This document shows positions 7,861 to 15,975 of a stretch of DNA of 36,042 nt, piece after piece. The notes under the pieces were generated by a model. That model was not told the origin of the DNA. It saw only the letters and a program-made list of their open reading frames with translations, and did not search any database. The DNA is taken from positions 5,533 to 41,574 of the forward strand of contig CAZNBU010000001.1 of NCBI GenBank assembly GCA_964571035.1. Reading direction: 5' to 3'. The stretch's first letter is position 1; every line of letters starts with the position of its first letter. The DNA comes from an uncultured Planctomycetaceae bacterium. Lineage in GTDB: Bacteria > Planctomycetota > UBA8742 > UBA2392. The position numbers and the translations under genes were made by a program.

Positions 7861-8754
7861 CTACTCGCCAGGCTCGTTGGCCTTGCGGCGGGCTTCGCGA
7901 ATGCGCACTTCGGCGGTGATGGACTTGGCCAGCTCGTCCAGCTTGTCGCGCAGCGACTGGTCACTGGTGTCGTCGCGCATGGCTTCGCACAGGCTGGCGT
8001 CGGATTCCAGAAACGCGCGCGGGTATGCTTCCACCAGCTTGGCAAGCTCGTCGGCAGCATCCTTGCGATCCTGAATCTTCTTGCCGCGCCGAATGCGCTT
8101 GTACTTTAGCGACTTGATGCGCGCCTCCACCATGCCTTGCGACGCAAGTTCCAGGTCCTGCTTGGTCTGCGTGGTCAGCAGCTTGCCGGCTGCTTCGCGG
8201 GCCTGCTGCACCTGCTCGAAGCGCTCCTCGGTGATGATGGACCCGCGGTCGCGCGCGATGAAGATGATCTCCACCACGGCGTTCTGCGCGTTGTATCCGC
8301 CTTGCTTCAGGTGCCGGATCAACAAGTCCCAGAACGCGGTTGTGCGTTCTTCGCCTTCCTTCTGCGCTTCCAGCTTGACGAACTCCTCGCAGACGCGGCG
8401 CTTGTCTTCCGCTTCCGGCTCACCTTCAGGCGTGAGCACCGGCTTGCCGACGAGCGAGTACCCGCCCGACGCGATCGACTTCAGGGCGAACAGCGCGCGA
8501 ATCGCCTGGTCAGCCTTCAGCGTCTTGGGATCGGTGTACAGCAGCGAGACCGAACGCAACTCGGTCTTGCCGTACAGCACCTCCTGCACCGTGATCTCAA
8601 CCTGGAACCCGCCGCTGACACGCGTGCGCTGTGCTGACGCCACGCCCTGCACAATCAGGTCGCACTCAGCCAGAATCACGCGCCCGAAATTGGACTCGTA
8701 TTCCGCCGCGAGCGGCGCGCAGACCAGCAGTGCCAGCAGCAGGGCGCGCATCAT
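7861..8754 (-). CDS. Hypothetical secreted protein, 297 aa
   Basis: Signal-peptide-like N-terminus 'MMRALLLALLVCAPLAAE', with a charged, helical-looking C-terminal half. Its start ATG overlaps the M16 peptidase stop (ATGA at 8754-8751). I recognise no family. Confidence 0.6.
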   Translation of the reverse strand: MMRALLLALLVCAPLAAEYESNFGRVILAECDLIVQGVASAQRTRVSGGFQVEITVQEVLYGKTELRSVSLLYTDPKTLKADQAIRALFALKSIASGGYSLVGKPVLTPEGEPEAEDKRRVCEEFVKLEAQKEGEERTTAFWDLLIRHLKQGGYNAQNAVVEIIFIARDRGSIITEERFEQVQQAREAAGKLLTTQTKQDLELASQGMVEARIKSLKYKRIRRGKKIQDRKDAADELAKLVEAYPRAFLESDASLCEAMRDDTSDQSLRDKLDELAKSITAEVRIREARRKANEPGE

Positions 8755-11471
8755 TCGCCTTCGGGCTCCTCGGGCGCGGGGGTGACCTTCGTGACTGGGC
8801 CACTGACCACTTCGACCATCTGCTCGGGCACGAGGTACTTCAAAGCCACGCGCTGGATGTCCTCAGCCGTGACGGCATCGATGCCCTGCGCGAACTTGAC
8901 CAGGTAATCAAACCCCAGGTCGAACCGCTCCATGTTGACCAGCATGCCTGCAAGCTGGCCCGTCGTTTCCAGATCAAAGACGAAGTTGCCCTTCAGGTAA
9001 TCCTTGGCGGTCGTGAGTTCTTCGGCGCTGACGGGCGTAGTGCGAATCTCGTCAATCAGCTTGTACATCGTCTTGATCGACATCTCGACGTTCTCCGGCC
9101 GTGTGCCGATGTAGCCCACAAACGCGCCGGGATAGTGCCCCGAGCTGCCGCTGATGTTCGCGAACGCGCTGTAGGCCAGCCCCATCTGGTCACGCAGCAC
9201 GCGCGAGAACCGGTCGGTGAACCCGGGCGAGGTGCCGAGGATGTTGTCCATCACCCGCAGCGCCAGGTAGTCCGGGTTGTCGCGCGTGACACCCAGCGTC
9301 TGCAACCGCACCACCACCTGGTCCTTTTCGGGGTGGTCGATGGCAACCCGCTTGCGCGCGGGGTCCACCTTGGACGCATCAAAGCTGCTGAAATGAAACA
9401 CCTGCGCGCCTTCCAGCTTCTCCGGGCGCGCGAACTTGTGCTTCGGGAACTGCAGCGGCTCGGCGGGTTTGCGCCAGTCGCCGAACGCCGCGGTGATCTG
9501 CTGCAACAGCGAGTTGGCGCTGAAATCCCCCACGGCTGCGATCACGCAGTTGTCCGGGCGGAACCACTTGCGGTGCCATTGCTGCACCTGCTCGCGCGTG
9601 AAGGCGGTTACGCTGGCTTCAGTGCCCTGCGACGGCCGCCCCAGCGGGTTCGCCGGGCCGAAGATCGCCGCGCCGGCCGCCGCGCGCGCGAACCACGCGG
9701 TTTCGTTCTTGCTGGATTCGATCTCGGAGAGTGTCTGCTTTCGCAACAGCTCAATTTCCTGCTCCGGAAACGTCGGGTGCTGCATGCATTCGGCCAGCAC
9801 CTTCATCGCGGTGCCGCGATGCTCGCTCAGCGCGCGCACGGTGGCGCCATCGGCGCCCACACTCAACTGGCCGCCGATGCTCTCCATCAACTCGGCGAGC
9901 ACCTGCTTGCTCCAGCTTTTGGTGCCCGCATCCAGCAACGTGCCGGTGAAGGCTGAAAGACCGGCCTGTGGGGCGGTCTCCGCGGCGCGGCCGCTGCGAA
10001 CATCCGCGGTAATTGTGAGCAAGGGCAGTCCCGGCCGCTCCAGCAGCAGCACGGTCAGGCCGTTGGGCAGCACGTGCTTTTGCACAGGCAGCGGCTGCGG
10101 CTTGGCGTCAGCCACCGTCGCCCCGGCCCCTTCCGGCGACAGCTCGGGCACCAGCCACCCGGTGACGCTGTTCGCCGCGCCGAGATACTCGCGGGCGACA
10201 CGCTGCACGTCGGACGCGCTTACGCTGCGAATGCGCTCGGGCTGCGAGAGCGCGAGGCGCCAATCGCCCAGCACAACCTCGGCTTGCCCCAGGGTGCTGG
10301 CGATGCTGCTGCTGCTTTCCTGCTGGAATAGCAGGCCTGCAATGATCTTGTTGCGGGCGCGCTCAAGCTCAGAGTCCGTTACGCCCTCTTCGACAAGCTT
10401 GTCCACGACGGCCTGAATGCCGGCGGTCAGCTCCTCGCGTGTGTGGTCGGGCGAGAGCGATGCCCACATCCAGAACGTGCCCGAAAGAATCTGCTCCTGG
10501 TGACCGGAAGCAACGCCGGTCGCGATGCCGGCATCGTCCACCAGGGCGCGGTACAAGCGGCTTGTCACGCCACCGCCGAGAATGGTTGCCAGTACGTTCA
10601 GTGCGGCTTCGTCGTCGTGGCCGGCTGGCTGCGTGAGATACAGCCGCCCCATCTCGACGACGCCGGACGCGCTCTTTACTTCAAGAGTCTGTGCGCCGTT
10701 GCGCTTGATCTCGCGCGGCTTGGGCCGATCAAGCTCGGGCCCGCGAGGCAGGTCGCCGAACAGCTCAGTCACGACCGGCTTGGCTTCTTCCACCGTGATG
10801 TCCCCCACCAGCACCAGCGTCGCGTGGTTCGGGTGGTAGTGCGCGTCATAGAACAGGCGCATGTCGCGGCGCGACGTGTCCTGCACATCCTGCGGCCACC
10901 CCAGAACCGGGTGCGAGTACGGATGACCGGCGCCGTGCTGCGCCTGCGTCAGGCGCTCCCAAAGCTGGTCGCTGGGGTCGTCGGCTGAGATGTCGCTTTC
11001 GGACTGGACCACCTTCTTCTCGGCGTCGAACTCCTTGAGGTCCAGCGTCAGGTGGCGCATCCGGTCGGCTTCGATCTTGAGGCCTTCCTTGTAGCGGCTC
11101 TTGGGAAGGTTGATGAAGTAGGTTGTGTAGTCGTTGCTGGTAAACGCGTTGTTGCTGCCGCCGTTGCGCACGGTCACGCTGTCCACCTCGCCGACTTTGT
11201 AGTTGCGGCTGCCCTTGAACATCATGTGCTCAAGGAAATGCGCCATGCCGGTGATGCCACGGCGCTCGTCCATCGATCCCACCTTGTACCATACGTAGCT
11301 GCTGACCACCGGCACAGCCGGGCGGTTGACCACCACAACCTTCAACCCGTTCTCCAGCGTGAACTCGCTGGCATCGAGGCCGCGTTTGGCGGGCTTATCC
11401 TGCGCAACGGCAGGGGCAATCGAGGTGGAAACCAGCAGGGCAAGCGAGGTAAGCAGCATCAAACGTGGCAA
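8751..11471 (-). CDS. Fused two-unit M16 (pitrilysin/insulinase-like) zinc peptidase
   Basis: The inverted zinc motif HxxEH ('HFLEHMMFKG') occurs in the first half. The second half is M16-like without HxxEH, so this is a fused active plus inactive pair. I prefer a TTG start at 11471, which has AAGGAG 6 nt upstream and gives the signal peptide MPRLMLLTSLALLVSTSIAPAVAQ. Alternatives are ATG 11459 and the ORF-track ATG 11531. Codons 11472-11531 end in A/T unusually often. Confidence 0.85.
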   Translation of the reverse strand: MPRLMLLTSLALLVSTSIAPAVAQDKPAKRGLDASEFTLENGLKVVVVNRPAVPVVSSYVWYKVGSMDERRGITGMAHFLEHMMFKGSRNYKVGEVDSVTVRNGGSNNAFTSNDYTTYFINLPKSRYKEGLKIEADRMRHLTLDLKEFDAEKKVVQSESDISADDPSDQLWERLTQAQHGAGHPYSHPVLGWPQDVQDTSRRDMRLFYDAHYHPNHATLVLVGDITVEEAKPVVTELFGDLPRGPELDRPKPREIKRNGAQTLEVKSASGVVEMGRLYLTQPAGHDDEAALNVLATILGGGVTSRLYRALVDDAGIATGVASGHQEQILSGTFWMWASLSPDHTREELTAGIQAVVDKLVEEGVTDSELERARNKIIAGLLFQQESSSSIASTLGQAEVVLGDWRLALSQPERIRSVSASDVQRVAREYLGAANSVTGWLVPELSPEGAGATVADAKPQPLPVQKHVLPNGLTVLLLERPGLPLLTITADVRSGRAAETAPQAGLSAFTGTLLDAGTKSWSKQVLAELMESIGGQLSVGADGATVRALSEHRGTAMKVLAECMQHPTFPEQEIELLRKQTLSEIESSKNETAWFARAAAGAAIFGPANPLGRPSQGTEASVTAFTREQVQQWHRKWFRPDNCVIAAVGDFSANSLLQQITAAFGDWRKPAEPLQFPKHKFARPEKLEGAQVFHFSSFDASKVDPARKRVAIDHPEKDQVVVRLQTLGVTRDNPDYLALRVMDNILGTSPGFTDRFSRVLRDQMGLAYSAFANISGSSGHYPGAFVGYIGTRPENVEMSIKTMYKLIDEIRTTPVSAEELTTAKDYLKGNFVFDLETTGQLAGMLVNMERFDLGFDYLVKFAQGIDAVTAEDIQRVALKYLVPEQMVEVVSGPVTKVTPAPEEPEGE

Positions 11472-11490
11472 GGGAGGCTCCTTATCAGAA

Positions 11491-11516
11491 CGGGCGCCCG
11501 GCGAAGGGGGCGCCCG
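11491..11516 (-). other. GC-only 9-bp stem-loop between the PEGA lipoprotein gene and the M16 peptidase gene
   Basis: CGGGCGCCC (11491-11499) pairs with GGGCGCCCG (11508-11516) around an 8-nt loop. No U-tract follows on the minus strand, so it is not a classic intrinsic terminator. Confidence 0.3.
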
Positions 11517-11544
11517 TAGAGTATTACGCATTCGGCGACTATCG

Positions 11545-11982
11545 CTAGTCGGTGAAAACCATCCGGTGCGTCGGCAGGTCGCGATCGAGCACGAACTCGA
11601 CTTCCACGCCCTCGCTGCTCGGCGTCGCCGCCACCCAGCGGGTCAGGGGGAGGTACCCGTTCGCCGACACGCGGAACAGCTCAGGCTTGCCGGTGGCCTC
11701 GACCACGATTTCGCGTGTGGGCGTGGTGCCTACCGCAACCCAGATGCCTTCCTTGTTGTACCACTCGACCAGCGCGCCGGGCGGTGTGCTGCGGATGATG
11801 GCTCCGGTCTTGGGAGCGTGGAACTCGTAGAAGTTCTGGGCGGCGCGCTGCGCGGCGAACTCGGCTTCATAGCGCGAGCTCAGCCCCACTTCTCCAACGC
11901 GGCTGGGACGCTCCTGGGAGACGCCGCAACCCGCCACGACTACAAGCAGCGCTAGCAGTGCGCACAGACGAACAATCGTCAT
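11545..11982 (-). CDS. Small lipoprotein with a PEGA-like domain
   Basis: Lipoprotein signal 'MTIVRLCALLALLVVVAGC'. The segment 'IRSTPPGALVEWYNKEGIWVAVGTTPTREIVVEATGKPELFRVSANGYLP' fits the PEGA-domain pattern (S.P.GA.V..dG...G.TP......G.h.v.v...GY). Confidence 0.6.
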   Translation of the reverse strand: MTIVRLCALLALLVVVAGCGVSQERPSRVGEVGLSSRYEAEFAAQRAAQNFYEFHAPKTGAIIRSTPPGALVEWYNKEGIWVAVGTTPTREIVVEATGKPELFRVSANGYLPLTRWVAATPSSEGVEVEFVLDRDLPTHRMVFTD

Positions 11983-12052
11983 GGTTCAGTCCTGCAGTGT
12001 CCGGGGGTGCTGCGGAGGATAGCCGGACGCAGGCAGCAGGTAAAGTGCGGGT

Positions 12053-12727
12053 TCACAGGCCCAGGCGCGGCTTGGCCAACTGCACAATCGCGTCGGCCAC
12101 CTGCTCGGGGGTCATGTCGCTGGTATCGAGCTCAACGGCGTCAGGGGCCTTGCGCAGGGCGCCCACTTCGCGGCTTTGGTCGAGGTGGTCGCGTTTGCTG
12201 ACGTCTTCAAGGATTTCGGGGTAACTGACGTCCATGCCCTTTTCCGCCAGCTCTTTGTGGCGACGGCGGGCGCGCACCTCAGGCGAGGCGTACATGTAGA
12301 CCTTCAGCAGCGCATCCGGAAACACCACTGAGCCCTGGTCGCGGCCCTCGGTGACAAGGTCGCCCTGGCCCGCGATCTCGCGCTGCATTGCGACCAGCTT
12401 GGTGCGGACTTCCACCACGTCGGCTACGTGGTGGATGTTGCGGGTCACTTCCAGCGTGCGGATCTTGCCGGTGACTTCTTCCTTGCCAAGAAACACCTTC
12501 ATCGGCCCGTCGGTCACCAGCTCAACGCGCAGTGCCAGCGACGCGAGCGTGCCGGCGACCGCCTTCGGGTCTTCCAGCCGCACACCGCTGCGCATGCAGT
12601 GCAGGGTGACGGCGCGGTACATCGCGCCGGTATCGAGGTAGCGCACCCCCAGCCGCTGGGCGGTCAGCCGCGCGATGGTGCTTTTGCCGGCGCCTGAAGG
12701 GCCGTCGATTGCGATGACTCGTTTCAT
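12053..12727 (-). CDS. cmk: Cytidylate kinase
   Basis: 'VIAIDGPSGAGKSTIARLTAQRLGVRYLDTGAMYRAVT' (P-loop plus Cmk signature). The start ATG overlaps the upstream gene's stop (ATGA at 12727-12724). Confidence 0.9.
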   Translation of the reverse strand: MKRVIAIDGPSGAGKSTIARLTAQRLGVRYLDTGAMYRAVTLHCMRSGVRLEDPKAVAGTLASLALRVELVTDGPMKVFLGKEEVTGKIRTLEVTRNIHHVADVVEVRTKLVAMQREIAGQGDLVTEGRDQGSVVFPDALLKVYMYASPEVRARRRHKELAEKGMDVSYPEILEDVSKRDHLDQSREVGALRKAPDAVELDTSDMTPEQVADAIVQLAKPRLGL

Positions 12728-15700
12728 TCCTGTCCTGACTGGCCCAGCTTGATGCGGACCCTCATTCGAACGCCTGATACGCGCGTCATCACTCCACGAT
12801 TTTCGGTCGGCACAAGGCTGATGCTGCGCATGCCCTCAACCGTGACGCCGGTGTCGTCCGGCAGCTTGATCGCCGCGCCGTCCAGCTTGGCCGAGCCGTC
12901 CTTGCCCTGCGACAGCCTGCTGCCGCGCAGTTCATACTGATCGCGCTTGAGCAGGATCGGCCCGGTGGCATCCAACGCAATGACATCGCCCGCGCCGTTG
13001 AACGTCACCACGAGGTCGCGCAGCGTCAGGTTCATCGGCGGCGTGCCTACGTTGCGCGCGTAGAAGTCGGCTTCCAGCCCGCCGCGGGCGGCGATGTCGA
13101 TCAGCGCATCCAGCAGCTTCCGCGCGCGGCGCAGCCCCCCTAGCGCTTCTTTCTCGCGCGAATCCTCGTCCTGATCGGGCAGCAGCGGCGTTTCGCCACT
13201 CAGCATGGCGCGCGCGGCGTCGATCGCGTCAAGCGCCTTGCGTGGCTGTTCAAGCTCGGCGGGAACGTTTTCGGCGCCGGTGTCGATGTCGCCGATCGCG
13301 CGCGCCAGCGCGTCGCGGGCCTGCGTTGCAAACTCGATTCGCGCGGCAACCTCCAACTTCTTGGTAACCGCTTCGCCCAACAGGTCGCGCACCACCTTGC
13401 GCGACGTGCGGGGGAACACCTTCTTGGCAACCGCTTTGCCCAGCAGGTCGCGCACTGCCTTCAGCGACTTGCCGGGGAACACCGTATCCACGGGACGCAT
13501 GGTCAACTCAAGGCGGTCGTCGGCTTTCAGGACCCACTCGCCGTCGTACGAAAAGACGCCCGTGCGAACGTACTGGCCGAAGAACTCGGCTGCACGCTCA
13601 AGGTGCAGTTGCGAGCTACCAAGCAGCACGGCTGTGAAGGGCGATTCGCTGCCGTCTTTCCCCTGCGCGCCGGTGATCTCGATGGCGGTGGAGGCAGCGG
13701 CATCCACGCCGTCCATGTCAGAGCGCACGACGGCGTCGCCCTCCAGGCGCAAGACGTTGATCGCGGGCGGTTCTTCACCGTCCGGCCCGGGCGCGAGTGA
13801 ACGGAACGAGCGCATGAAGGCGCGCTCGCCCGAGAGGTGATACAGGTGCTGCACTTCCGGCAACCTGAGCTCGGCAAGGTCGTTCAGCGCGGACGCGCCC
13901 GCGCGCGGCGGCTCAAAGTCGCCGTAGACGAGAAATGCGCGCGGCTGCTCAATCTCAAGGGTGCGGCTTTCTTCTTTGCCCGCATCGCGCAATGACGCGA
14001 TGGTGCATTTGCTTCCGAATTCCACCCACCCTGCATCCGGGCTGGGAAGATCGCGCTCCTCAGGGTTCCGCCGTGGCAGGCGGTTGAGCGTGTCCAGGAA
14101 GAACTGGATGCTGTCACGGTCACGCACGACAAGCCGGCCGGGGCCATCCACTTCCGTGACCAGGACGCCGCCGCTGCCGCGAGTGCGCAGGTTGCCGGCC
14201 AGCAGCAGGTCGTACCCCAGGGTCGCAACCGCGCCCTCCGTGCCTTCGGCGGCAAGATCAGCCGAGCGCAGGATGCCGTCGACCAGCTCGACGGCGACCA
14301 CGCTGCCCGTGAGCGACACCAGGTTGGCGTCGTCGCGCGGCAGCGGGTAGTGCACCAGCGAAACTTGCCCGTGCGCGGCAATGCGCAGATCGCCCGCGCC
14401 ATCGCGCGTCGTCAGCACTCCCAGTTCAAGCGTGTCGCGGGCGTTGACCGTCAGGCGCCCGTCGCGCCGCGGGATTGGAGCGCGCGACCGCAGCCCAAGC
14501 GCGGTGCGAAGCACATCGGCCATCGCGAAGTCGGCGTACACCACCGCCATGGTCTCGGGCCCGTCGACACGCACGTCGCAGCGGTTGCCGATCAGCGTGC
14601 CCTCGGCGCGTGAGCCGGTTACCGTTGCGCGTGAAACCTCCGGCGCTTCGCCCGCGCCGGGCACCGCACCCGGAAACACGCTCAGCAGCGGAGAAAACCC
14701 CTGCCCGACGACGTCGAACGAGTGGCTGTAGGATTTCGCGGTGTCGCGCCATGAGAACAGGCGCACCTGCGTGCCGACAATTTGCCAGTCCGGCACGCCG
14801 TTGCGCAGGCGCTTCACGTTCGCGCCGCCGAACAACTCCACGCGCGCGCTTTGCGGCGAGCCGCCGCCTTCGGTGTTGCGGGCGAACACGTCGACATAGT
14901 CGTCGGCACGCAGGTTCATGGCGATGAGTTCTTTGGTGTCTTCGTCTTCGCCGCGGTCCAGCGTGAGCTCCGGGTAGATGCCCAGCCGAAGCTCGGTGTG
15001 CAGCGGCAACTGCCGGTAGGTCAGCTCGCCGCCACGGCCGCGCATGCCCTTGCCGCGCAGTTGCACGTTGCTGGTGGCGGTGAACTGCACGTTGGTGAGC
15101 ACCGTGATCTGCTCGCCCTTCGGCTTCTTCTCGTCGCGCGGCACGCGCTTTAGATCGCCTTGCAGCTCGATGTACTCGGACGTCACCTGGAAGTCCTGGT
15201 TCTCACTCAGCACCTGCATGCTCGCACGCCGCAGCATGCTGAGCGACGCGCGCTCGCCGCCGTCGGTGAGTTCCAGCGACGCATCGCCGAAGCAGCCCAG
15301 TGTTACGCTGGCGGCTTCGGTCTGCTCGCCTTGGAGGTTCGGCACGGAATCCAGCTTGACGGTCATACTGGCGCCGCGCGTGGACTTGAGTTCCAGCTTC
15401 TTGAGCTTGAACCCGGTTGGCACCAGCTTGCCTGCGGCGTTCGGGGCCTTCACGGTGTCGAGTTCCAGCGACGCGGTGGGGTCCTTGATGCTGGCTGAAA
15501 GTGCCCCGTCGCCGGTCTTGAGAGTAGCGTCGCCCGGCGACGTCAGCTTCAGCGTGAGCGGATCGCCGAGCGAAAGCTCACCCTTGCCCGGCGGGAACGT
15601 CAACGTTCCGCCGTCCGGCAACTCCGTGCTTAACCCGCTGGGGCATGCGAACGCGCCGGTCTTGGGCGAGTAGTTGAACTCTTTCGCGGTGATGGAGTAG

Positions 15701-15975
15701 ACGTCCTCGCCACTGAACACCCGCAGCTTCGCGTCATCCACCTGCACCAGCCCGTCGGCGCGCTTATGCGCACGCGAGCCCTCCAGCACCGCGCGGCGGC
15801 CGTCGTCGTCGAGAAAGATCACGCGGTAGTTCTTGATTTCCAGCCGCTCAACATCCGGCAGGCCCTGCGCCGCAAGCGACGCAGCCGTGAGCGCAAGAAG
15901 CGCAAGCAGGCTACTTCTTAGTGCACTCAAGAGTGAGCCCCGTGATCTTCTCGTACTGCTCGTCCGACAGGCCAT
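12724..15975 (-). CDS. Large (1083 aa) secreted protein of unknown function, Gly/Asp/Leu-rich and probably beta-rich
   Basis: One uninterrupted ORF with GC-rich third-codon positions. The N-terminus 'MACRTSSTRRSRGSLLSALRSSLLALLALTAASLAAQG' looks like a signal peptide with a basic n-region. I recognise no catalytic motif. The 5' end overlaps the cdaR 3' end and the 3' end overlaps the cmk start. An alternative TTG start lies at 15930. Confidence 0.75.
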   Translation of the reverse strand: MACRTSSTRRSRGSLLSALRSSLLALLALTAASLAAQGLPDVERLEIKNYRVIFLDDDGRRAVLEGSRAHKRADGLVQVDDAKLRVFSGEDVYSITAKEFNYSPKTGAFACPSGLSTELPDGGTLTFPPGKGELSLGDPLTLKLTSPGDATLKTGDGALSASIKDPTASLELDTVKAPNAAGKLVPTGFKLKKLELKSTRGASMTVKLDSVPNLQGEQTEAASVTLGCFGDASLELTDGGERASLSMLRRASMQVLSENQDFQVTSEYIELQGDLKRVPRDEKKPKGEQITVLTNVQFTATSNVQLRGKGMRGRGGELTYRQLPLHTELRLGIYPELTLDRGEDEDTKELIAMNLRADDYVDVFARNTEGGGSPQSARVELFGGANVKRLRNGVPDWQIVGTQVRLFSWRDTAKSYSHSFDVVGQGFSPLLSVFPGAVPGAGEAPEVSRATVTGSRAEGTLIGNRCDVRVDGPETMAVVYADFAMADVLRTALGLRSRAPIPRRDGRLTVNARDTLELGVLTTRDGAGDLRIAAHGQVSLVHYPLPRDDANLVSLTGSVVAVELVDGILRSADLAAEGTEGAVATLGYDLLLAGNLRTRGSGGVLVTEVDGPGRLVVRDRDSIQFFLDTLNRLPRRNPEERDLPSPDAGWVEFGSKCTIASLRDAGKEESRTLEIEQPRAFLVYGDFEPPRAGASALNDLAELRLPEVQHLYHLSGERAFMRSFRSLAPGPDGEEPPAINVLRLEGDAVVRSDMDGVDAAASTAIEITGAQGKDGSESPFTAVLLGSSQLHLERAAEFFGQYVRTGVFSYDGEWVLKADDRLELTMRPVDTVFPGKSLKAVRDLLGKAVAKKVFPRTSRKVVRDLLGEAVTKKLEVAARIEFATQARDALARAIGDIDTGAENVPAELEQPRKALDAIDAARAMLSGETPLLPDQDEDSREKEALGGLRRARKLLDALIDIAARGGLEADFYARNVGTPPMNLTLRDLVVTFNGAGDVIALDATGPILLKRDQYELRGSRLSQGKDGSAKLDGAAIKLPDDTGVTVEGMRSISLVPTENRGVMTRVSGVRMRVRIKLGQSGQE
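13357..13455 (-). repeat. In-frame 63-bp tandem duplication inside the 1083-aa gene
   Basis: The 36-nt cores 13357-13392 and 13420-13455 match at 33 of 36 positions with a 63-bp period. They encode '(A/V)VRDLLG(K/E)AV(A/T)KK' twice. Confidence 0.8.

Noticed and set aside
8631-9956. 441-aa plus-strand ORF antisense to the M16 peptidase gene, with similar ORFs at 9436-10416 and 10443-10988
   Set aside because: These are shadow frames opposite a gene with a clear HxxEH peptidase signature. Their composition is low-complexity and Arg/Ala/Leu-rich.
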